Positions 8,456-16,836 of a stretch of DNA of 18,078 nt are shown here, in pieces. Both the position numbers and the translations under genes were made by a program. The notes under the pieces were generated by a model. It had not been told where the DNA came from. It did no database searches and saw only the letters and a program-made list of their open reading frames with translations. Position 1 is the stretch's first letter; each line of letters opens with the position of its first letter. This DNA is from Promethearchaeota archaeon (GTDB lineage Archaea; Asgardarchaeota; Lokiarchaeia; Sigyniarchaeales; SOKP01). The stretch covers positions 1-18,078 of the forward strand of contig JAEOTR010000070.1 of NCBI GenBank assembly GCA_016839705.1, given 5' to 3'.

Positions 8456-8689
8456 ATGAAGCAGATAATATTAAAGAAATTATTTATTTGGATTCTATTG
8501 ACAATAAACCTATTATTTGCATTTATTATTGGTATTACTATTCCCCAATTAGAGACTGCGAATAGTTTCATGTTCGGATATGTCATGATTCCTTTATTAA
8601 TTATACTCAATTATGTTATAGTTGATAGATTTCATTATCTCATTAAACAATTAAATGACAGAGAGGAAAGATTCGATGTTAAAGAATAA
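8456..8689 (+). CDS. Small two-TM membrane protein overlapping the start of the archaeosortase gene
   Basis: 77 aa with two hydrophobic helices. Its 3' end overlaps the downstream start, suggesting translational coupling. Confidence 0.65.
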   Translation: MKQIILKKLFIWILLTINLLFAFIIGITIPQLETANSFMFGYVMIPLLIILNYVIVDRFHYLIKQLNDREERFDVKE

Positions 8690-9563
8690 ATTATTTCTTA
8701 AGTTTAAAAAACCAGTTATAGAGTTTAATGAAAGAAGATTTATGTTTTCCATACGATCTTTAATTCTATTAGCTATTGGTGCTCCTATATCGGCCTATCT
8801 TATTTACTTGTTTTTTGATTGGGAGGTTAGTTACTGGTTACATGAGATTGTAGTAAAGCAAACTGTTTATTTTCTAAATTTATTCTTTAATATGGGTGTG
8901 AATGCTATTTATAATCCCGTAGGTAAATATCATTGGGCTTTCGATTTTAATAATCCAGAATTAGCAAATATTTCATTTGAGACATTCTGTACTGGAATCC
9001 AAGCAATTTGTATATTTGTGGGAGTGATAATCTTTACTCCACATAGTCAAGATCCTGAAACAAAACGAGATATTATTTGGAGAAAAACTAAATCTCTTAT
9101 TATTTCATCAATTATTTTTTATGTTGTCAACATCATTAGAATGCTTATTCAAATTGAATTATATAATATTGGATATGAATGGGTCGATATCCACTTCTCG
9201 ATCAGTGCCGCAAGTTCATTTATTGCTGCTATTATTGTGCTTTTAATGCACCGTTGGATTCCAGAATTCATTATTAGTATTATATATATAGGAACTTTAG
9301 TAAGTGAACCTATAAAACAAAAAAGAAAAAAAACTGTGAAAGAAACTGTTAATGAATCAAATAAAGTAAAATTGAAATTAATGAGGAAAATACTTAGAAT
9401 GGATAAAAAAACCTTTTCTCAAGATATCTCCTCCTGGTCAGAGGGGTTTGGTTATTCAATTGAGGGTATGTATTTAATAATACCATCTGAAAAAAAATCT
9501 GATTTTATCGAACAACTTATGCAGGATAAACCATTTAAAAAATCCAACATCGAGAAAAATTAG
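8676..9563 (+). CDS. Archaeosortase/exosortase family transpeptidase with a C-terminal soluble domain
   Basis: Putative Cys-Arg-His triad (numbered from the ATG at 8655): C112 in ETFCTGIQAI, R162 in VNIIRM, H180 in WVDIH, on a multi-TM scaffold. ATG at 8676 follows a purine-rich GAGAGGAAAG; ATG at 8655 is the alternative start. Confidence 0.88.
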   Translation: MLKNKLFLKFKKPVIEFNERRFMFSIRSLILLAIGAPISAYLIYLFFDWEVSYWLHEIVVKQTVYFLNLFFNMGVNAIYNPVGKYHWAFDFNNPELANISFETFCTGIQAICIFVGVIIFTPHSQDPETKRDIIWRKTKSLIISSIIFYVVNIIRMLIQIELYNIGYEWVDIHFSISAASSFIAAIIVLLMHRWIPEFIISIIYIGTLVSEPIKQKRKKTVKETVNESNKVKLKLMRKILRMDKKTFSQDISSWSEGFGYSIEGMYLIIPSEKKSDFIEQLMQDKPFKKSNIEKN

Positions 9564-9623
9564 AAAAATAGTATTATCTTTTTATTAATCAACTATATTA
9601 GAAATAAGAACTTTTTTTGAATT

Positions 9624-10526
9624 ATGTTGAATTTTGAAACGGAGCAAAAAGTAGTACAGATAGGGAAAACTCGAATTGGTGGAAATCCTGGTCAAAATCC
9701 TATTGCGATGATCGGCACTGTCTTTTACGCAAGTCACGCAGCACTTTTAAATGAAAAAACGGGGGATATAGATAAACCTCTCGTTGAATTAGAACTAAAT
9801 GAATATACGGAAATTATTGAAGAAACAAAAATGCAGGGTATAATAGATGTCGTAGGAGCATATCCTGATGCTCTTATAAAAGAATGCGAATTTGTAGCTG
9901 ACATTGTTGACTATCCATTTTTAGTTGATGGGTTGAATGATTCATCCCGAATACCCGCTATGGAAGGATTAAAAGAAATAGGATTACTTGATAGAGCTAT
10001 TTTAAACAGCATAGATGATGCCACAACTGAGGACAGTCTCGAAAAATTAAAAAATATCGGGGTTCAAAATGCTGTTTTATTAACCTTTGGAACCAGATAT
10101 ATATTTCCTAAACAAAAACTTAAATTATTAGAAGAAACGCTAATTCCAAAAGCCCGTAAAGCAAATATTGAAAATATTCTAGTTGATTCAGCAGTTTTAG
10201 ATTTGCCTTCAATTGGCATAAATTTTGAGACGTCTTATTTAGTTAAAAATAAATTTGGATTACCAGCAGGTTTTGCCCCATCTAATTCGATTTATGGATG
10301 GGATTACGGTAAAAAATATGGAGAAGTTGCACGATGTGGTAGCATTGCATCCATCATGGCATATTGTGCAAGTGCCCCAAGCGATTTCATTTTATTTGGG
10401 CCTGTTAAGTTCGCTAAATGTGTAGTGCCTGCGGTTGCTTTAATCTCTGGAGTTAATTCTTATTATCGAAAAAGAATTTTAAGAAAGGAAATATCGGAAA
10501 ACACTCCTTTAAACGCAATTTTTTAG
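9624..10526 (+). CDS. mtrH: MtrH/MtxH/MtgA family pterin-binding methyltransferase, stand-alone
   Basis: FETEQKVVQIGKTRIGGNPGQNPIAMIGTVFY, PFLVDG, RAILNSI, NILVDSAV, FGLPAG, DFILFGP; 300 aa. Confidence 0.85.
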   Translation: MLNFETEQKVVQIGKTRIGGNPGQNPIAMIGTVFYASHAALLNEKTGDIDKPLVELELNEYTEIIEETKMQGIIDVVGAYPDALIKECEFVADIVDYPFLVDGLNDSSRIPAMEGLKEIGLLDRAILNSIDDATTEDSLEKLKNIGVQNAVLLTFGTRYIFPKQKLKLLEETLIPKARKANIENILVDSAVLDLPSIGINFETSYLVKNKFGLPAGFAPSNSIYGWDYGKKYGEVARCGSIASIMAYCASAPSDFILFGPVKFAKCVVPAVALISGVNSYYRKRILRKEISENTPLNAIF

Positions 10527-10539
10527 AGTACAAAAATCC

Positions 10540-12039
10540 TTAAGCAATATACCTTAACAGTAAATCTTTTGTTTGGTCTAAAAAGTCTGCTAGTTTAGTT
10601 TTAATTTTGTCTTTTCTTTTTTCATTATCAATCAAAAACAGAATAAACATCTCACTATCTGCAACCTTTATTTTCCTAAAAAAGATTATAGATTCCGAAA
10701 CTTTAAAAATTGCTTCTTCTTCTTGCAAAGCTTTGAATCTTGAGAAGATTTTATATAATATGGCAAACTGTGGTGCCGTGATTTCAAATACATTAATTAA
10801 TTCCTCAGATTCGGCTATTTTAGTTAATTTTCTTGCTTTTGGGGAATAAAAATCTGCTAAAACTAATCCATCATTACTTAATAATAATGTTAAATACGTC
10901 TTTGTTTTTAATGAAAAATTCTTAAGATTATGGTTTATTAGGTTTCTGTTAGGGCTTAATTTTGAGATGCCAGAAGAGAATGCTCTAAGAATGGTAAAAA
11001 TTTGAAAAATACTCGTAACAAATAATTCTGGGGGTTCTTCTGGGGTAATATTGGTTAATTTATTTTTAACCGTTTCAATATTATTTTTGATTTCACCAGT
11101 ATTCAATATATCAGAATCTCCTTTTGATAATATATAAACAATAGGGGTATTTTGATTATACTCTCCTAAAACTTTTTTAATGCTTAGGAGATATTCTATA
11201 CTTTCCTCAAATCTACTTTCATTTCTAATATCAATGAAATAAAATATTAGATCTGCTTCATATAAATAAATCTCAGCTTTATCAATATATTTTCTTCTAA
11301 ATTTCAACTGCCCTCCTAAGTCCCATAAAAAAATTGTTGCCCCCAACGCTTCAATTGATTTAATACTGGCACCAGTAGTCGGTTTTAATCCAATAAGTTT
11401 GCTATACTTTCGATCAACACTTAATAGGAAACTAGTTTTACCAGAATCATCTAATCCCGCAAAAATTAGTTTTAATTTTCTATGAGAAGTTATCGGAGTA
11501 GAAGGATTTTTTTCAATCTCATTAAGCCTTTTAAATAAATCTACAAAGAATACTTCTACAGTTTCTTGGAGGGGATAGTCCTTTTGTAATTGTAGATCGA
11601 ATTTATGAAAAAATTCAGAAACAATCGGTTTAATTCGGTTTATATTGTTGTATAAAAAACTTCTGCTATATTCATCAACTAATATTGAAAACGCAGTTGC
11701 AACAGGTTGATCAAAAGATTTATTTTCAATATAGTGAAAATAAGTGAGAGAAGTTGCCTTAAAATCGGGATAAGGCAAAACAGCAAAATATCTCAGATTT
11801 TGAAGCTCCTCTTCTTGTGAAAATTCTCTATCACTTATAAACAAGCTCAAATTTTTTATTGAGATTTGGGTAACATCTCTTAGTGATAAAACCAGAGCTT
11901 TTTGATCTTCTTTCTTAATTTGCGCTAACTCTTTTTCGCTGAAATAATTTGGCCACGAATAAACGGGTTGTGGTCCTAGTTCTCCATAAGCACTAAAGAT
12001 AAAACCCTTAATTAACGAAGATTCAAAAAGGTTCTCCAT
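10540..12039 (-). CDS. Three-domain protein: longin/uDENN-like + Rag/Arf-like small GTPase + roadblock/longin-like C-terminal domain
   Basis: N-terminal IKGFIFSAYGELGPQPVYSWP and AVLPYP parallel the 26..1069 protein. G1 GLDDSGKTS, G2 KPT, G3 WDLGGQ, variant G4 SKGD, G5 TSIF. C-terminal helix then LLLSNDGLVLA beta-hairpin typical of roadblock folds. Confidence 0.85.
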   Translation of the reverse strand: MENLFESSLIKGFIFSAYGELGPQPVYSWPNYFSEKELAQIKKEDQKALVLSLRDVTQISIKNLSLFISDREFSQEEELQNLRYFAVLPYPDFKATSLTYFHYIENKSFDQPVATAFSILVDEYSRSFLYNNINRIKPIVSEFFHKFDLQLQKDYPLQETVEVFFVDLFKRLNEIEKNPSTPITSHRKLKLIFAGLDDSGKTSFLLSVDRKYSKLIGLKPTTGASIKSIEALGATIFLWDLGGQLKFRRKYIDKAEIYLYEADLIFYFIDIRNESRFEESIEYLLSIKKVLGEYNQNTPIVYILSKGDSDILNTGEIKNNIETVKNKLTNITPEEPPELFVTSIFQIFTILRAFSSGISKLSPNRNLINHNLKNFSLKTKTYLTLLLSNDGLVLADFYSPKARKLTKIAESEELINVFEITAPQFAILYKIFSRFKALQEEEAIFKVSESIIFFRKIKVADSEMFILFLIDNEKRKDKIKTKLADFLDQTKDLLLRYIA

Positions 12040-12133
12040 CGTTTAAATTAATCTTTTGTTTATTATAAATTTTAAATTTCCTTAGATAAATTAAGCAAAC
12101 TTAATTATTAATAACTTTATATTAATTTAATAG
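12040..12133. promoter_or_regulatory. 94-bp divergent intergenic region with candidate TATA boxes for leaderless transcripts
   Basis: Minus strand TTTATAAT about 25-30 nt upstream of ATG 12039. Plus strand AAACTTAATTATTA about 25-35 nt upstream of ATG 12134. The AT-rich background makes these weak calls. Confidence 0.4.
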
Positions 12134-13096
12134 ATGACACTTCAAAAGATAGCTGATAGCATTAAAACCAATCAAAATATTATAGAGAAGAAAGAAATCA
12201 ATCCTATAATTAAGTACATTGATAATAACACTTTTAAAAGTACGAGAATATTTACTGATATTGGTGAAGATGCAGCTACGATAAAAAATGACGATAAATA
12301 TATCCTAGTAACCACTGACAGGATAAAAACTTCTTTTATAGAGAATTTCCCTCGTGGTGCGGGGTATAGTTCCATTTTAGTCAGTGTTGATGACATATAT
12401 GCATGTGGTGGTACCCCCCTTGCCGCAAGTATAATAATCTCTGTAAAAGATCCTGAATCTTGTGAAGAAATTCTTAAGGGGATATGTGAAGGATCTAATA
12501 AATTTAAGGTTCCTATTATAAGAGGGCATACAAATGTTCATGGGAAATGTTATGAATTAAGTTCTACAATGATAGGCGAAATTAACAAGGAAGATTATAT
12601 ATCAGCTGGAAATGCCCAAGTAGGAGATAATATAATTTTAGCTGTAGATTTTGATGGAAAGGTAGGTAAAGCAAGTAAATTTTATTATGATACAATAACT
12701 TTCAAAAATTCTAATACAGTTTTGAAGAAACGTAAATCTATGAACGAAATTGCAAAAAAACATCTAGTCAACGCCTCTAAAGATGTTTCAAATGGGGGGA
12801 TTTTTGGTACCGTTTTACAATTAATAAAATATTCAAAAGTCGGTGCAAATATAAATATAAACAAGATTAATATTCCCTCAATTCTGATAAATGAAGGATA
12901 CGATATAGAGACCTACATCAAAATGTATTTAACAACCTCGTTTGTATTAACAGCTCCGAATTCTAATTGCAAGGAAATCATTGATATATTTCAAAAGTAC
13001 GAAATGAATGCAAATGTTATAGGTAAAATTATTAATGATCAAAATCTTTTGAGAATAAATAATGGCACTGAGTCCCTAGATGTAATCAGATTTTAA
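12134..13096 (+). CDS. AIR synthase (PurM/ThiL/SelD/HypE) superfamily ATP-dependent enzyme, methanogenesis-marker-2/sll0787-like
   Basis: IGEDAATI, LVTTD, AGYSSILVSVDDIYACGGTP, VPIIRGHTN, GNAQVGD, ASKDVSNGGIFG, ANVIGKI. The conserved metal/ATP-binding Asp residues are retained. Confidence 0.82.
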   Translation: MTLQKIADSIKTNQNIIEKKEINPIIKYIDNNTFKSTRIFTDIGEDAATIKNDDKYILVTTDRIKTSFIENFPRGAGYSSILVSVDDIYACGGTPLAASIIISVKDPESCEEILKGICEGSNKFKVPIIRGHTNVHGKCYELSSTMIGEINKEDYISAGNAQVGDNIILAVDFDGKVGKASKFYYDTITFKNSNTVLKKRKSMNEIAKKHLVNASKDVSNGGIFGTVLQLIKYSKVGANININKINIPSILINEGYDIETYIKMYLTTSFVLTAPNSNCKEIIDIFQKYEMNANVIGKIINDQNLLRINNGTESLDVIRF

Positions 13097-13114
13097 AGGA
13101 GTTAAGACAATATT

Positions 13115-13606
13115 ATGATTAATTTAGAAGTTAAATTGCCAGACACTCCCGGGAGTTTAATTGAATTAATTAAACCGATATCTAATAATGGGGGAAATAT
13201 ATACGGAATACTTCATTTCCATGATAAAAAGATAAATGATTTGATACCTGTTAATATATCATTTGAATTAAGTGAGGATATAAAGGAGCTTAGCTTACAA
13301 AATATTAAAAAGGAGTTAAGGGAAAACAATATTCAAATAGAAAATATAACTTATGGAATTGAAAAAAAGGAGATCACTGTTCTTTTAACGGGCCATGTTT
13401 TTGATACAGATGTACTAGATACAATAAAGAGGTTAGCTTCAAAAGAAATTACTATCTCAGAGTTACAAGCTAAATTTACTGAATTAAAGGAAGTAAGCAA
13501 CGTGAAGTTAAAGATAGAATTCCCCGAATATATGACTAAAAGAGAGTTGATTGACGAATTGAAAAAAATTTGTAAGGAAAAACAATTATTTTTGATTACA
13601 AGCTAG
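13115..13606 (+). CDS. Tandem ACT-domain protein (archaeal allosteric regulator of homoserine dehydrogenase, COG2061-like)
   Basis: LPDTPGSLIELIKPISNNGGNIYGILH and LLTGHVFDTDVLDTIKRL; directly upstream of hom. Confidence 0.88.
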   Translation: MINLEVKLPDTPGSLIELIKPISNNGGNIYGILHFHDKKINDLIPVNISFELSEDIKELSLQNIKKELRENNIQIENITYGIEKKEITVLLTGHVFDTDVLDTIKRLASKEITISELQAKFTELKEVSNVKLKIEFPEYMTKRELIDELKKICKEKQLFLITS

Positions 13607-13704
13607 AATATTTGAATTGTTAATTATGAAATGTTTTAATGCTACAAACCCGACATAATTTTATTTGAACTCAAAAATTAATTAAAGCAATTTTTCTAAA
13701 CGAT

Positions 13705-14718
13705 ATGAAAGTTAAAGTATGTTTGATTGGAAAAGGTACTGTGGGAACTAGCTTTCTTCAGCTGGTTAAAAACAAAAGAGATGATTTTAAACGAAAATTT
13801 AATTTAGAAATTATAGTGAGTTCAATTTTCGAACACGATGGAGCATTAATTGCGGAAAACGGGATAAATATAGGTGAAGTGTTGGAAGCTGGTAAATATT
13901 TTAGAAATTTACCCTATTGGAAAGAAAAGGTAAGAGCAAAAGATCTAATATCTACAATGGATGCAAATATTTGTATTGAAACAACACCCACGAATTCAGA
14001 AACGGGGGAGCCTGGGTTATCTCATATAATTGAAGCCCTTAATAATAAAATCGATGTAATATCTTCCAATAAGGGCCCCTTTTATCTAGAATATGAAAAA
14101 ATTAAAAATTTGGCAAAGAAAAATAATTGTTTCGTGAAATACGAAGCTACTGTAGCCAGTTGCGTCCCCTCATTAGGGATAAAAGAACAACTAATTGGAA
14201 ATGAAATATTAAGTATTAGAGCAATATTAAACGGGACAAATAACTTTATCTTAAGTAGGATGGCAGCAGAAGGTGTTGATTTTGCTATAGCTTTAAAAGA
14301 GGCTCAAGAATTAGGCTTTGCCGAGTCGGATCCTACCTTGGATATTGAGGGGTTTGATGCGGCGGGAAAGATAGTAATATTAGCTAATGATTTGTTAGGA
14401 TGGTCAAAAAGCATAGACGATGTTAAGATTGAGGGTATTTCTCAAATCATACCCCACGCGATAGATCTAGCAAAATCAGATGGTTATGTTATAAAACACT
14501 TAGCGATAGCAGAAAATAATGAATTAGTAGTTGAACCCCGATTAATTGAAAGATATTCACCACTGAATATTAGTGGTACCTTAAATGTAGTTGAGTTGGA
14601 AACAAAATATGCCGGATCTATAATTTTAATGGGAAGAGGTGCTGGTGGTCTTGAAGCAGCATCAGCTCTCATAAATGATTTATTAAGTATATTAAAAAAC
14701 AGGGGATTTTCTGAATAA
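13705..14718 (+). CDS. hom: Homoserine dehydrogenase (short form without a fused ACT domain)
   Basis: IGKGTVG Rossmann motif, SSNKGP, KYEATVA, ILNGTNNFIL, EAQELGFAESDPTLDIEGFDAAGKIVILAN, GRGAGG. Confidence 0.96.
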   Translation: MKVKVCLIGKGTVGTSFLQLVKNKRDDFKRKFNLEIIVSSIFEHDGALIAENGINIGEVLEAGKYFRNLPYWKEKVRAKDLISTMDANICIETTPTNSETGEPGLSHIIEALNNKIDVISSNKGPFYLEYEKIKNLAKKNNCFVKYEATVASCVPSLGIKEQLIGNEILSIRAILNGTNNFILSRMAAEGVDFAIALKEAQELGFAESDPTLDIEGFDAAGKIVILANDLLGWSKSIDDVKIEGISQIIPHAIDLAKSDGYVIKHLAIAENNELVVEPRLIERYSPLNISGTLNVVELETKYAGSIILMGRGAGGLEAASALINDLLSILKNRGFSE

Positions 14719-14802
14719 TATTTTTGTATTCGATTTTCTTACCTTTAATCAATAAATTTTTTGTTCAAAAGATTTTATTTTTTAATAGGAGTAGAGAAAA
14801 TA

Positions 14803-15327
14803 ATGGAGTTTAACATTAAGAATAAATTTAGAGCAACTGTATCTGTAATAGGAGCAAGTGAAATTGATAAAGATATTGAGGAAAAGACTATAGAAATTGG
14901 ACGACTATTAGCGAAAAACAATTACATTGTGGCATGTGGGGGTTTAACCGGAGTAATGGAGGCCATCTGTAAAGGTGCTAAAGAAGAAGGTGGTTTAACC
15001 ATTGGAATTATCCCTCAACCAGTAAAGAGTATGGCAAACAAATATGTAGATATTGTAATTCCGTGTCCGTTTTCTCAAGCGAGGAATATAGTAGTGGTTC
15101 TCACAGGAGATATTTGTTTAGCCATTAGTGGTAAGGCAGGAACCCTATCTGAAATCAGTTTTGCATGGATATATAATAAGCCTATTGTTGCCTTGTCAAG
15201 TGTTAAAGGATGGTCATCTAAAATCGCCAATCAAAAACTAGATGATAGGAGAAATGATATAATATATGGAGTAAGCACCCCAGAAGAAGCAATAATTAAA
15301 ATTAACGAGTTATCAGAATCTTTATAG
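14803..15327 (+). CDS. TIGR00725/LOG-like Rossmann-fold nucleotide-binding protein
   Basis: VSVIGAS, CGGLTGVMEAICKGAKEEGGLTIGIIP, ARNIVVV, GKAGTLSEI. ATG at 14803 follows AGGAG and is preferred over the TTG at 14761. Confidence 0.9.
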   Translation: MEFNIKNKFRATVSVIGASEIDKDIEEKTIEIGRLLAKNNYIVACGGLTGVMEAICKGAKEEGGLTIGIIPQPVKSMANKYVDIVIPCPFSQARNIVVVLTGDICLAISGKAGTLSEISFAWIYNKPIVALSSVKGWSSKIANQKLDDRRNDIIYGVSTPEEAIIKINELSESL

Positions 15328-15384
15328 GATTCCCAAATGTATTAATAGATTATATTAGAATTATAGGTGAAATTTTGGAAAAAT

Positions 15385-16740
15385 ATGATAAAATATCATT
15401 CAACTAATTATGACACCCCTCATGTTGATTTTAAAACAGCAGTTTTAAGAGGCCAAGCGTTAGATAAAGGATTATATATGTTAAATGAAATCCCAAAATT
15501 ATCTAGAGATAAAATTAATAATTTCAAAAGTTTAGCGCTCCATGAGATTGGGTTTGAAGTTATTTCAGAATTTGTAGATGATATTATCCCAGATCATGAT
15601 CTAAAAATAATCTTGAAGGATGCTTTAAATTTTTCTATTCCAATTGAAAAATTTCGTAAAAATGATTCTATCTGTTATCTAGATCAAGGTCCAACTGCGA
15701 GTTTTAAAGACTTTGGAGCCCGAATTCTTGCAAGGATTATGGATTATTTCCTTAAAGTCGATGATAAAAATATTGTCATTTTAACTGCTACATCAGGGGA
15801 CACTGGCGGAGCTGTTGCTCAAGCTTTCTTTGGTATGAAAAAAATTAGGGTTATTGTCTTATTCCCTGAAAATGAAATTAGTGAATTACAACGAAAACAA
15901 ATGACTACTCTTGGAAAAAACATAACTGCAATTGGAATTAAGGGAAAATTTGATGATTGTCAAAGTTTAGTGAAAAAAGCTTTTAATGATCCAGATTTAA
16001 AAGACGTTGGGCTCTCTTCTGCCAATTCAATAAATGTTGGAAGATTAATCCCGCAAACAATTTATTATTTTTATGGTTATTCGCGTGTTATTGAAGAACT
16101 AGAGGAGAAGGTTATTTTTTCAGTACCTTCGGGTAATTTTGGAAATCTCATGGGCGGATTAATTGCCTATAATATGGGTTTACCCGTGAGAAAATTTATT
16201 TCAGCGGTAAATGAAAACGATGCATTTCCAAGATTTCTGGAAACAGGTGTATATGAAAAAGTAGAACCTTCAAAGAAATGCATTAGTAATGCTATGAATG
16301 TTGGCCACCCTTCGAATTTTGCTCGGATCATTGATTTATACAATGGTCAGATTGATGAAACGGGTGTAATACATAAAAATCCAAATCTAAATCAATTGCG
16401 GGAGAATATTGTTTCATATTCAATAACTGATGAAATAACAAAAGAAACTATTGCAGATTTTTACAACAAATATCATAAAATCATAGAACCTCATGGTGCT
16501 GTAGGATGGGCTTGTCTTGAGATTTATAGAAATAAATATCTCGAGGATAAAAACTACAAAAGTATATGTTTCGAAACTGCAGACCCGGCTAAGTTCCCTA
16601 ATGAGATTATGTCATTAATTAACATTACCCCAAATATGCCGAAATCGTTGATGACTATTCAAAATAAAAAGGAAATCCAAAAATCAGTTGAAATTACGAG
16701 TTATCATGATTTCAAATTATTTATCCAAAACAAAATATAA
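15385..16740 (+). CDS. thrC: Threonine synthase (long E. coli/fungal-like form)
   Basis: PLP lysine in GPTASFKDFGAR, TATSGDTGGAVA, ISELQRKQMTT, GKFDDCQSLVK, SANSINVGRLIPQ, VPSGNFGNL, SNAMNVGHPSNFAR, EPHGAVG, ETADPAKF. Start is either ATG 15385 or GTG 15367. Confidence 0.96.
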   Translation: MIKYHSTNYDTPHVDFKTAVLRGQALDKGLYMLNEIPKLSRDKINNFKSLALHEIGFEVISEFVDDIIPDHDLKIILKDALNFSIPIEKFRKNDSICYLDQGPTASFKDFGARILARIMDYFLKVDDKNIVILTATSGDTGGAVAQAFFGMKKIRVIVLFPENEISELQRKQMTTLGKNITAIGIKGKFDDCQSLVKKAFNDPDLKDVGLSSANSINVGRLIPQTIYYFYGYSRVIEELEEKVIFSVPSGNFGNLMGGLIAYNMGLPVRKFISAVNENDAFPRFLETGVYEKVEPSKKCISNAMNVGHPSNFARIIDLYNGQIDETGVIHKNPNLNQLRENIVSYSITDEITKETIADFYNKYHKIIEPHGAVGWACLEIYRNKYLEDKNYKSICFETADPAKFPNEIMSLINITPNMPKSLMTIQNKKEIQKSVEITSYHDFKLFIQNKI

Positions 16741-16836
16741 TCCGTAATTTAATTAAACTAGAATATAATTTTTTAATTTGATAAAGAATATATTTGTAAA
16801 TTTCTATTTATAAGAATATATAGGTGAAATTGAATT

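Noticed and set aside
8428-8610. 60-aa minus strand ORF
   Set aside because: Antisense to the 2TM gene, which fits the operon context better.
10607-10849. 80-aa + strand ORF
   Set aside because: Antisense shadow of the 499-aa GTPase.
12172-12396. 74-aa minus strand ORF
   Set aside because: Antisense shadow of the AIRS-like gene.
12134-13096. Calling the gene selD or thiL
   Set aside because: No N-terminal Cys/Sec-x-x-Lys motif of SelD. The N-terminus and GHTN motif fit the marker-2/sll0787-like group better than ThiL.
14484-14672. 62-aa minus strand ORF
   Set aside because: Antisense shadow of hom.
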